Source: the human T2T-CHM13v2.0 reference genome, Homo sapiens. Taken from it: a DNA stretch of 64,000 nucleotides. Position 1 is the first letter of the stretch. Each line of letters begins with the position of its first letter. Below the pieces are notes generated by a model that saw only the letters and a program-made list of their open reading frames with translations, made no database searches and was not told the origin of the DNA. A program made the position numbers and the translations under genes. The stretch lies in NCBI RefSeq assembly GCF_009914755.1, contig NC_060934.1. One strand, written 5' to 3'. Below are positions 28,125 to 41,856 of the stretch, one piece after another.

Positions 28125-30438
28125 CAACACTGGGTGACTTTGTGGGAGTACGTGGCCTTTTCTAATTTTACCAGAAACCTATTTTCTGTATAGTTTTGTA
28201 AACACTCTAGAATCATTTGGGGGTGGGTGGGGGGTCCATCCTGAGTCAGAGATTCAGTCTCAATATGGACTGTGTTTCTGAATACCTTTGAAAACAATAA
28301 TCTCTCCTATACACAAAAATCACCCACAGTGCAGGGCTTCCAAAAACTGACATTGTAAGAGTAGCCCTTTTCTGGTGAAGAGAAAGAAGCACATGTGATC
28401 TATGGTAACATGGGCTGTGAGTCACCTGGTGATGTATTAACATCTGGCAGAACAATATTATTTCTAATAATGACTAGCTAAGCATTTCTCAACTCAACTT
28501 CATAGGCCCATGAGCCAGCTGCTTCCCTGAGAGATTAACACCACCACAAGCTTAAGTGGTCCCATCCAAAACTAGTTCCAGAGATACACCTTAGGGATGC
28601 AAGGTGGCAGTTTCTTAAATTTTAAAATAAAGCACCAGTTTCCCGTAGTTGAGTTCTTTTATGTTTCCTTGTTACTGAATGCTCCTTTGAAACCAAAGGT
28701 ATTGATATATTCTACCCTGCAGGGAAATCAATAAAAATTTTAATCACAAAATTAAATAAAAACCAAAGCTACTGACATTACATGGTAACACTCAGTGAAG
28801 CAACAACTTCAAGTTTTATGGTTCTTCTACAACTGGCCTTATTATTTGTAGAAAAATCAATATCGGTTTTAGAGTAATTTGGGATGCATCTTGTGATCAC
28901 AGAAAACAAGTTCCTGGTTGACTTTACTAAACAAGTAAGAATGAGGCATTAAAATGTGTTCCTCCCTCCCCAACCCAGAGTGATTATTCCTGGGCAGCAG
29001 AAAAAAACACAAGTAGGGTGGCCCTAAATAACATCTCCAGCTCTGTCTCAAAGCACATCATTGTCCAAAGCCCTGGGCCACCTTCTACAAAGACAGTCTG
29101 TTGCAGTGGTTGATGGGTTGAAGGACTTTCCTAGAATGATTAAAAGCTTGGGATAGTACATGAGTTAAAATGTCCCCAGAAAAGCAGCACACGCTTCATG
29201 GAACATATAGTAATAGCACCCATTTATCACATGACCTTAGTGATGTCTGGTAACAAAAGACCCTATTTCACATTTGAGGAGGAAAAAATAAAAACGCTTT
29301 TTCAGGTCATTTTCAAGTCACAGGACTATAGGCCTGGATGTAATGTTAGGAGATATTAAGTCCAATAATGTCCAATCTCTTTGTAATGCAGGGGGCCTTC
29401 GAGAGGATTTCTGAAGGATGCAATTCCCCTTAACTGTCCTACATCCTTTCTCATCATTCAGTGGCAATGCATGCCCAGAAATATGTGCATAGAGACAAAC
29501 TTATATCTTCAGGAACCACGAGCTTTCCAGTGCTAATGAATTCTTAGGCTGAAAGCTTGCTCTTGTCTCCTATAATAGTGGTAACCCACAGTGTGGAAAG
29601 TGAAACCATTGGCAACCTGAACCGTGATCCTGATTCCCAGACAGTGATGTGATAACACACTTTCAATGAACTTGAAGAGAACTTTGAATTGCTGCAAGGG
29701 TTTATTGGAGTCTAACTCAATATACTTTGGTCCCCTGTGCTCTTGTGTTAGATCTTCAAAATGGCTTTTTTCCAAGACTTGAGAGTGCTCACTCAGTAAA
29801 GAAAGCAGAACCAGAGGATGGGGCCTGCTTAATGTGTGGGAGGAGCCAGCTGCTTTAGGTGTGGAGGTTTTGAAAGTCAGGAAATGAAACATAAAGACTT
29901 TGCAAGGGTGAGGACAACAGTAAACCCAGCCAAGATTAGTCCTCATGGGCCTAAAGTTATCAACCTTGAATCAAAAGAGCAGGGCTTCAAATCCAGCTAT
30001 TAGCATAAGAACTATTCCCAAAGCAAGAGTTCAAACCACTGGATGACCCCACTCTCAGGAAGCAGTAGCGGTCTTCGCACAAGATGACAGTCAGTGAGGC
30101 ATTTAAGGTCTTTCCGTCTCTTATGGGAGCTACAGGTCAGTGAATCACCTCCAGGGACTAAGATGGGAAGTTGGAAAAGAGAGGGTGTGGGATACTTCTG
30201 TCTTTGCCAGTAAGAGCAAAGGAATCAAGGGGTTGATTAGATACTTGCAGGTATCTATATCAGCACCTTCGACATTGGCACTTCTGTTCTCATGTTCTCT
30301 TTCTGAGCAAGTTCACTGATTAAACAATCAAGGGCTTCTTCCAGATAAGTTTCTAAAGGCAGTCTATTCCAGAAGATTCTTCATGCTTCATCGACACTGG
30401 CTTTAACATCTCCACACTTGCAGTCCACCTCTTCATCG

Positions 30439-30585
30439 TTTTTTTTTTTTTTTTTTGAGAAGGATAAAGAAGGGAAGTCAACTTGCTATGTTGCCCAGGC
30501 TGGACTTGAACTCCTGGGCTCAAGCGACTCTCCAGCCTCAGACTCCAGAGTAACTGGAATTACAGACACATGCCACACACCCAGC
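30439..30585 (-). mobile_element. FLAM-type Alu monomer
   Basis: Single left-arm-like monomer with poly(T). Confidence 0.8.
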
Positions 30586-30774
30586 TTCACATCTCCTTCA
30601 TCTTTTATGATCAGGTGTCCTCCAGCAAGCCTTCACAGTCAGCTTCCTCCCTGCTCCCCAGTCCACGCTCCCCAGCTTAAGCCTCCTGTTCATACAATAA
30701 ATGGAAACTAACAAACAACAATGAAGACAAAAATTTTCATCCATATCTCTATCAATGAGCTTAACAAATTGTAT

Positions 30775-30842
30775 TATAAAATGTGCACCATATAAAATTG
30801 CCTATGTTGACCATTTCTGACAAATTTCATATAATCCAAACA
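30775..30842. mobile_element. MADE2-like mariner MITE remnant
   Basis: Imperfect inverted ends CCATATAAAATTG / AATTTCATATAA. Confidence 0.45.
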
Positions 30843-30869
30843 GATAATTCTCTGTTTCTGTGTCTACAT

Positions 30870-30990
30870 CTTCCACTAGATCATGAGGAAGAACTGTGTT
30901 TTGTCTTCTGATTATACAATCAGATTTTAATGAATGTCTTGGCACATCACTGGTTATCAATCAATGACCAATGAATGAATGAATGAATGA
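30870..30990 (+). mobile_element. L2 3' end with (AATG)n tail
   Basis: ACTAGA...TTGGCACAT...AATGAATGAATG. Confidence 0.7.
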
Positions 30991-31814
30991 GTTAAGAGCC
31001 TGGGCTTCAGAACTGGGCCACCTTCTTGGGGAAGCCTGTTGAGGCTGAGTGCTTGACAATAAGGAAAAGGTGTGACTTAGAAGCAACCTCTCCGTCAGAC
31101 AGGACGATAAACAATACACATTTCTCTGGATTATTTATTTCCTCAATAAAAACATGGCCACACTGACAGATAAACACACTATTTTATGCCCCAATTGAAT
31201 GATTTTTCTCTCAGGTTAGCAAACCCTCCAGCACCTCACAGGATGGGGGCCAGGCCTTGAGTCTTGTTCTTTCATCTGGTTTTTCCATGTGTTCCTTTGA
31301 CAATAAAAGCATTTTGGCTGAAGACACTGGCTTTAAAGATTTCTGTATAGCATCACACAGGGCAAAATCTGGTTTCTGGTTAGATGTGGACACACGTGCA
31401 GTGCCACGTGAATCCCCTAAGCATTTACCATATTGAACTCACCATGGTGATGTGTTTCTTGCCACATCTGATTCAGTGACCCATGTCTACTTTGATATTT
31501 GTAATGAAGCTGCCTTAATCACTAGCTTGCAGAATTTCTGAGGAGTCTTGCAGAAATGTCTTTGAGCCAAGATATTTTCTTCACAATTATGTTAAGACTT
31601 TTCCAGAATCAGATGAAGAGATGCTTTTAACTGAACATATGATAATTTCTAGTGCAAAATTTCCACCTTATCATGAACAAAATGATAAAACCAAAAAATT
31701 AAGGCCAACAATCTTTAGGGAAAAGATGGAGAAGGATAAAGAAGAGAAGTCTACTACAAAACATTCACAGATTATTTTGGCTAAAAATGATGTTCCATCC
31801 AAAATATATCTATT

Positions 31815-32113
<299 letters not shown>

Positions 32114-32998
32114 AAAATATATCTATTGACCTTAACAACTCTTCAGTGAGTCTCGGAGGTAAAATGAGTGCACTTGTTTTCCTTCTGGTTGTCACCATTT
32201 TTAAGTTTCTTTTCAGTCGGGGTGCTGAGGAAGGTTAAAAATCCAGCAACTTTGGAAAACTAAAAGTTACTGACTTCCATGTTGAATTTCATTCCTAAGT
32301 CCATGGGACAATTGTTAAATGACTGGACATCTTGACATAATCAGCAATAGGATCGATTCAAAGTTTGAGATTCAGACACTGCCCACAGGAAGGGCCAGAG
32401 AGCATGGGTAAGATGTGGAAAGCTTGTGCTTGAGTGTTCCTGCTGAGGCTCAGAGGCATCACCATTTCAGATCATTTCAGCATTCATAGTGCTTTGGCTC
32501 ACAATGCCAAAGAGAAAAATAATTTTAGAGATAAAACTCCATATGTTAGTATAAGCAGATTTTACACCCAACCAGTTGATTTGCACTTGACATTCTCATC
32601 TCCAGCACCTTCCCGTTGGGAATCAAATATCAGCTCAGCTGTTCATCAGTACTCAGAGCTATAGGTGGATTAAGTCATAAACTATTAAGCCCACTTTAAA
32701 GTTCAAGCGGACGGTGAAAAGCAGAGTTCTGCTTAGGGACAAGGGAGTTTTGTTTCTCCCTGCCCCTCTGGGCTTGCATGATTCAGAGGGGATCAAGAAT
32801 AACAGGTGGTGAGATCTGCCATAATGCGTAGTTTAAGTCTAATCACGTTTATATTTATGTTTGGATTTAGACATATCTAACTCCTGGTTTCTCAGGCTTT
32901 ATCAGCCTGGGATCGCCCAGGGCTTGGGTGATGATCAGTGGTATTTAGTGCTAAGGCCTCACCCTGCTTTGTTACTAAATTGTAAGTCCCCCCACTGA

Positions 32999-33364
<366 letters not shown>

Positions 33365-33479
33365 ACCATTGGTGCTTATGATGACCATTTGGGACTGGTT
33401 TTGAGGATGACTGGCATTCCACTGGGTCATGCCCAAAAGTGTTTTCTCTAGCCATAGGCTGATATCCTGAAAAGAGATG

Positions 33480-33797
33480 TACCCATCCCTTGGCACTCAC
33501 TGGGGATTGGCTGCAGGACCCCTGTGGATACCCAAATCCACAGATGCTCAAGTCCCTGATATAAATGGCCTAGGATTTGCATATAACCTATGCACATCCT
33601 CCTATTTACTTTAAATCATCTCTGATTACTTATAAAACCTAATACCATGTAAATGCTATGTAAATCGTGTTAGACTGTATAGTTTTATATTTGTATTATT
33701 TTTATAGTTTTTTTTTTTCTGAATTAGTTTCAATCTGAGGTTGGTTCAACCCCCTGTGGATACAGACTCTGTGGATGCGGAGATGAGAGTGCTGATC
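33480..33797 (+). mobile_element. MER2/MER2B
   Basis: GGGGATTGG...AAATCCACAGATGCTCAAGTCCC...CTTTAAATCATCTCT. Confidence 0.85.
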
Positions 33798-34409
33798 ATA
33801 TGTGCTGCAAATTTCTCCTACCACATGGCAAGTTGTTGGCTTTCTCGGGACAGTATCATTCACCATGCATGCCCATCTAGTTGGAACATTTTGTGCATCT
33901 CCTCTTTTTTCAAGCATCTTAGGAGTCTCTACAGAGTGTCCTGAGGGCCTGATTATCAGGCTCAAAATTTTTTTCACCATTTTTCTCTGGGATGGGTGGG
34001 GGCCTAGGAAATTCATGCAGAGAAAATCAGCCCCTATATGCATAAGTTCTAGTTTATCTTGCCCCACGTACATATCTAACATGACTCACCAAACAATCAC
34101 AGATCCCCAAGCTTCGAATAGAAATCTCCCAGGAGTAGAAAAGCATCAGCTCCATTTTACAGGGAAGGAAATGGAAAAGAAAAGCTGTAGTTCTACAGAC
34201 AGTGAACGATCTGTAAGATTTGGACTGTCATAGAAATGGTGCAGTTAGGAAAGAAGGTAAAAGGAGGCCTGTCACCTGCCTGACACACAGAAAGAGGCTG
34301 AGAGGGTGAGGGCTTTTCTGAGATTGGCCAATAGCATTTGCAATGGAAGTAAAACAGGCTCTTACTTACCTTCTCTAAGGAAGATAGGCTTTTCTTAAAA
34401 GCTATTCTA

Positions 34410-34412
<3 letters not shown>

Positions 34413-34450
<38 letters not shown>

Positions 34451-34498
34451 CTATATATATATATATATATGACTATATATATATATATATATATATAA
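34413..34498 (+). repeat. (TA)n tract, pure (AT)18 followed by two GAC interruptions
   Basis: Direct reading. Confidence 0.98.
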
Positions 34499-35202
34499 TA
34501 TAGTCTTTTCCATATATATATGGGAAAGATGACTGGTCAATAGGCAATTGTATTTTAAAACATCTACTTGGGTGTATTTTCATATGGATTTTAGTAGCTA
34601 TATCACCTCAGGCTAAAATAACATTTAAAAGTCAGGCTTTGAACAACGTGTAAATGCTCAGTAGGTCATATAAATGCATTGACTTTTTATATATTTGACT
34701 TGTCAGCATGTGGAATGTGATAGTTGCCAGACTGTATTTCATGATATCCTAGAAATGCTTTGCTGGGATTGAATTTTAATTTTGGAAACCTTCCTTTCAG
34801 AAATCGAGAGATTTATGCAGAAGTGAGGGCCACGCTTGATCATGGGTGATAAAGTGTCCCCTGTGAGAGTATACAGATGTTTAAAGAGAAGCTCTCAGGA
34901 TTTTGAAGGGCTTATCATGAACTAGAGGAAGCCACTTCGGAGGGGATTGGCATGAGACAGAACAACAGGCTTCGGCCTTGAAAGAACAAAGGATAAGAGG
35001 TTAGAAGTTATCCCCGGAGCCAATTCTTTTGGGAGATAAAGCCAATCCAGGGTGTTGAAAACACCTGGCCTTCAGCACAATTATGAAGTTCTTAGAAGTT
35101 GTTCTGTCTAATTCCCTCCTTCATTTTTTCCACCTCCCTGAAAACTTCTCCCTTTTCCCCAGCCTGGCTCCTGTAATCATTATGCTATCAATACTTACAT
35201 CT

Positions 35203-35530
35203 GGCCAGGCACAGTAGCACACACCTGTAATCCCAGCCCTTTGGGAGAATAAGGAGGGAGGATCACTCGAGGCCAGGAGTTTGAGATCAGCCTGGAAAAC
35301 ATAGCAAGATACTGTCTCTACAAAAACAAAACAATTTTAGAAGTTAGCCAGGTGTGATGGTGCACACCTGCAGTCCCAGCTACTCAGGAGGCTGAGGCAG
35401 AAGGATTGCTTAAGCCCTGGAATTACAGGCTGCAGTGATCATACCACTGCACTACTCCAGCCTGGGTGACAGAGCAAGCCTCTGTCTCAAAAACAAAAAA
35501 TTAATTAAATTAAAATTAAAATTAAAAATA
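35203..35530 (+). mobile_element. AluJo-like
   Basis: J-type diagnostics; TSD ACTTA(C/T)ATCT. Confidence 0.95.
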
Positions 35531-35869
35531 GGAACTTATATCTGCTCTCTCTTTAGCACTGGGAGTGAAGGATCTGAGGTTCAGACCCTGCCTGCCTGAC
35601 CATGCCCCATTCCTGTGCCCCTCCATTCTGAGCCTGGAGCCACCCTGGGGTCAGTAAACCCAACTATGCTCACAGATTGTCCTCCTCTGAGAAGATATTT
35701 TCATTTAAAAAGGGAGTCCTCAAAAAAGCTATCTGCTTTCCTTCAAGCAAGTCCAAGTGTAGCAAAGTTAAATGCTGGAGACACCTGTGGGAAGATATTG
35801 AGGGGCAAGGTGGACCCCTTAAATTACATCAGGTAAATAATCTTCTTGTCTGAGGACACACAAACATGA

Positions 35870-36356
<487 letters not shown>

Positions 36357-38922
36357 TAATGGGACAATCTGAATTAGTGAAGGATGAATAGTGGTACACA
36401 TTCTTATTTTCAAATGTATGGAATTTATTGTTCTAGATTTTTTAAAAAATCAAATGGACGTCCTTAGGGAGGCTGTTTTAATGAACAGATAAGAATGATT
36501 TGTAATTCAGGCATCAATTGCTTACATGTAAATAGCTGCTTCTGAAATGCTTAAGGGTCTGTTTGAAACAAGTTTGTTCTCTTTAAACCTGGCCTGTGAT
36601 TTAATTTGCATTCACAATTTACTCCCAAACCCCTTATTTTGTACATAATGCAAAGGTAAATTTCAACTAACCAATCTATACATGAGGATCAAAATTTCTG
36701 TGGTTTTACCAGAGTTGCTGGTTTTGAATCCTGGGATATCTGGAGTTTTATTATGACTAATGCTCAGTTTTAAGGCACATTTTAAATATGCAAGTTTGCT
36801 GTCCTTGCTTCATGAGGCTAATTTTAGCTAAAGCTGCAGCGATAAAAATCTACATAAATAAATACATAAATAAATAAAATCTACAAGGCTTCCTGGAATT
36901 ACCACTTTCCAGAAACAATAGTTTCCAGAAATGATTCTAATTAGTGAGTGTTCCATTGGCTCCAGCGGACAGTTTTATAGATGGTTTCCATTTGTAGAAA
37001 CTTGTTCACAACACACATCCACTTTCATAAACACACATATACACATATGCATGTGTGCTTTTTGTTAGCTTGTTGGCTTTAGTCTTTGCCATCGACATTT
37101 CAAATTGCACTGAAACTAAACATTAAATATGGATTCAGAAGGATCCTGCTGACACTCTAAGCATATATCATGGCGGAAATAATACACAGCTCTCTTTCAG
37201 AGATCTGGTTGCTGATAAATCTGTAATCCTTTTTATAACATTTCTGTATATTGAAAAATAGGGATCCAAGATCCTGGAAGTACACATCATGGAAATCCCA
37301 ATGGCAATGAAGGGGATATTTTGCAGGTGGCCCCCTTAGTTTTGGGAAAGAGTTGACTTTCCATGTACCTCTTCCAAACAGCTGGAGAAACCCAACCCCA
37401 ATGGCAATCAGACTCCAGTGAGTGGAGGTCAGCAGTAACACCTGGCTAGCCTGTCTTATTGCAGCATAGCCTCACACTCTGCTCTTTCCTGCACGTGTTC
37501 GCTCTTCAGGAAATATTTTATTTATTTCACCATCTGCAAAACAATATGGCCTCTGGAGCATAAAGGAGAGTTGGACCTCTTCTTCAAATTTGTCTTAGGT
37601 CAGTGAACAGCAGTACAGCAGAAAGCATTCTTTTCCCACTGACAGAGTGATTAACAAGGCTCACCTCTCCTTTTTTTTTTTTTTTTTTTTTTGAAGTTAT
37701 AGCTTTTATTAAGCCTCCTATGGGCACAGATTAAGCCATGAACTTGTAGCGATTTTCTTTTACAGGGTGAGAGAATGACAGCATCATATCAATTAAGGTT
37801 GGCATATTATCCAGCACAAGAAAAATGAAACTCAATAGTTTTCTATGTTGCAGACTTAGGAAATCGCTCGTGGGCAGAGTTATCCCGGAGGCTCATGACA
37901 AGCAGTGGTGTCACTGAAGTTCCACAAAATTGTGATTTCCCTTCATGGGCCCTCTCCTGATAAAGAGGAAGGGGCTGCCCAAGGAACTTGGGCACTGGCT
38001 GGGCTCCAGATGTGGGGCCTTCTAAAGATGTAAATTTCTGTTTGTTTTGGAGGAATACCCTGAAAATATTGGCCGATCATGTAAGGATTTTTCTTTTGTT
38101 TTGGAACTCGTTTGAATCGAATCAAACTCTGCTGGAATTCGCGTCAGAACAGGCTCTCTCTCATGGTTTCTAGTATTTCCTGTCTCTGGCCAGGCTGCAG
38201 CAATCTGAACAAAGCTTCTCAGGGTATTTTATCCTGTTTGGACTCTGTTCCAGCACAAACCTGGGACTAACTTGAGGCAACGGAAAACAGAAAAAAAAAC
38301 CATTGAGGAAAAGATTGGCCCAGCATCTCAATCCCTGCTAAAAGACTGTGACAATTGATTATTATTGTTTATTTCAGTGGCAGGTCAGTTGAGAGGCAAG
38401 AGCACCATTATCAAGCTGAGATGTGAATTTCAGCCCTTATTCTTTTGAGGCTTATGGTTAAGTTTGCAAAGATCCTTTGCCTCACTTGTAAAGGAGACTA
38501 GAATACGGTATTTCTAAAATTCTTTCCAGCTTTCACGGAGTATATTCTAAGGGCCTCTGCATGTCATTCCAAAATGCTTGAAGACTTGGACAGATTGTTT
38601 TTCTGACCTGGTTCTTGACCTTAAGTCAAAGCACTTATCACACATGAACACTCTATGATTTGGCACTTCCACGTTAACACTCATATTAGTATTTGAAGCA
38701 GGTACCTTGGGAATTAGTTACAAACGCCTTATCTCCAGTTGACAGTTTTGCTGATCCAGGAAAATATAGAGCTTTTGTCTTTTTAGAATTGGGCAAATCT
38801 GATGTCATTTCCCCCTTCAAATCTTCTCCCTCATTACATAAAAAGAGAAAAATAATTATGGATCTCTCTTCCCAACCTCCCCCAGGGCCTCTCTGTTCAG
38901 GCTCTCAAGTGGTGCACTAGAC

Positions 38923-39390
38923 CAGGTGTCCCCAAACCCTGGGGACCTGTACCGGTGTGGTACCAGTCATCTGTATTTATAGCTGCTCTCCATTGCTTGC
39001 ATTACTACCTGAGCTCTGCCTCCTGTCAGATCAGCAATGGCATTAAATTATCATAGGAGCTCAAACCCTATCGTGAACTGTGCATGGGAGGGATCTAAGT
39101 TGTGCATTCCTTATGAGAATCTAATGCCTGATGATCTGTCACCGTCTCTTATCACCCCTAGATGGGACCATCTAGTTGCAAGAAAACGAGCTCAGGGCTC
39201 CCACCGATTCTACATTATTGTGAGTTGTGGAATTATTTCATTATATGTTACCATGTAATAATAATATAAATAAAGTGCACAATAAATGTAATGTGCCTGA
39301 ATCATCCCAAAGCCACCTCCACCCCACTTCTATGGCAAAATTGTCTTCCATGAAATTGGTCCCTGGTGCCAAAAATGTTGGGGACAGCTG
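38923..39390 (+). mobile_element. MER1A (hAT-Charlie)
   Basis: CAGGTGTCCCCAA...TTGGGGACAGCTG inverted ends; TSD CACTAGAC/CCCTGGAC. Confidence 0.9.
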
Positions 39391-40174
39391 CCCTGGACAA
39401 CTCCAGAGGGCTCCACTCACCTAGAAGACAATGGGATGGTGCCTTATGGAGTTCTCCAGAGGGATGGCCTTGACCTCGGACCTTCCTGTTCCAATCATGA
39501 CGTTCTAATCACTTGCCTTTCCTGAAACAAGCCCTACACTTCCCTGCCTCAATATTTTTGTCCACAAGGTTCCCGCTGCCTGAAATATCTCCAGGACGGC
39601 ATTGAAGTTACTGTGTTCGTCTATTTCCTCAAACAAAATAAAATCCTCAAAGGCAGGAACTCTGCATGGTGCCTCACAGCACAGGTCAAGAAAAGCTTGT
39701 GCCAAGCATGATGTCCTACTGTATTTTGCCCAGGAACCATTGTTCAGAAATCCACCTAATGAAGACAGAGGGAGAATAACATTGCATTCTAAGTTACATG
39801 TAATTGAAAATGACTCGTGGGAATCTACGTAAACACATTTGAACCTGTCTTCCCTTGCTTCTGACGTACTGTCCCCAACTTGGTCTTAAATGTCCCCATG
39901 CACTGTCTTCCTGGCTCATCACCAAAGCCTGGAACTCTCAGAAAATCCCAAAGGCGCAATAGAAAGTTTCCATGTTTCTTATTGCTTCATCTTGCTTTCA
40001 TGATTCTACATGTTCCCATTTTAAAGTGCATTACAATATACAAAAAAAAAAAAAGCATAAAATAAGACCCACAGAACACTAAAATTTAAAACAGTGGGAC
40101 AAGACATAACACATAAAGGGGTAAGTAAAGATAAAAGGCATGAGGAGACATGTACTATCAGCAGAGCCATAGCA

Positions 40175-40322
40175 GGGACGTAGCACAGTGCTGTGTCAGG
40201 GGCACAGACATTGGAACCTAAACTACCTGGATTTCACTCTCAGTCCACCACTTACTTAACTTCTCTGTGCCTCAGAGTCCTCACCTTGAAAATGGGAATA
40301 ATAGGGTGATTCTAGGATTAAA
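40175..40322 (+). mobile_element. MIR
   Basis: ACTTAACTTCTCTGTGCCTCAG...AAAATGGGAATAATA core. Confidence 0.8.
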
Positions 40323-40337
40323 CCCACAGTACCATAG

Positions 40338-41098
<761 letters not shown>

Positions 41099-41099
41099 G

Positions 41100-41440
41100 G
41101 AGGTATTTTATAGATGTGATTAATATCTGTGGTTAGTTGATTTAGTAAAGGAGATTGTCCTCAACAATGAGAGTGGGCCTTATTCAATCTATCGAAGGCC
41201 CTCAAAGCAAATACCAAGGCTTTCTAGAGAAGAAATTCTGTCTCAAGACTGTAGCATCAACCCCTGTCTGAGTTTTCAGCCGGTCAGCTTGTTCTACAGA
41301 TTTCAGGCTTGCCAGTCCTCACAATCATGTGAGCCAGTTCCTTTAAATAAATCTTAATACACACACATATACATGCACACATTCACACACACATACATAT
41401 ACCTCCTGCTGGTTCTGTTTCTCTGAAGAACTCTGATATT
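41100..41440 (+). mobile_element. MLT2D-like ERVL LTR, 5' truncated
   Basis: CACAATCATGTGAGCCAGTTCCTT...GGTTCTGTTTCTCTG. Confidence 0.8.
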
Positions 41441-41490
41441 CTTGCTTTCAATTATTTTTCCCCTTGTGGTGATGCAGTCAAGTAGGGTGG

Positions 41491-41856
41491 TGTATTAGTC
41501 TGTTTTCACACTGCTATAAAGCATACCTGAGACTGGGTAATTAGCAAAGAAAAGAGGTTTAATTGGCTCACAGTTCTGCTTGGCAGGGGAGGTCTCAGGA
41601 AACATACAATCATGGAGGAAGCTGAAGGGAAAGCAAGGCACATCTTACATGGTGGCAGGCAAGAGAGAGAGAGCGCGGGGGAAACTGCCACTTGTTAAAC
41701 CATCAGATCTCGTCAGAACTCACTCAATATCATGAGAACAACATGGGGGAAACTGTCCCCATGATCCAATCACCTCCCACCAGCTCTCTCCCTTGACACT
41801 TGGGGATTTCAATTCAAGATGAGAATTGGGAGGGTACACAGAGCCAAACCATATCA
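41491..41856 (-). mobile_element. THE1 (THE1D-like) solo LTR
   Basis: TGTATTAGTC...AAACCATATCA; TSD GGTGG/GATGG. Confidence 0.9.

Noticed and set aside
29533-29946. 137-aa minus-strand ORF in unique sequence
   Set aside because: No recognisable domain and no pseudogene hallmarks; length is compatible with chance
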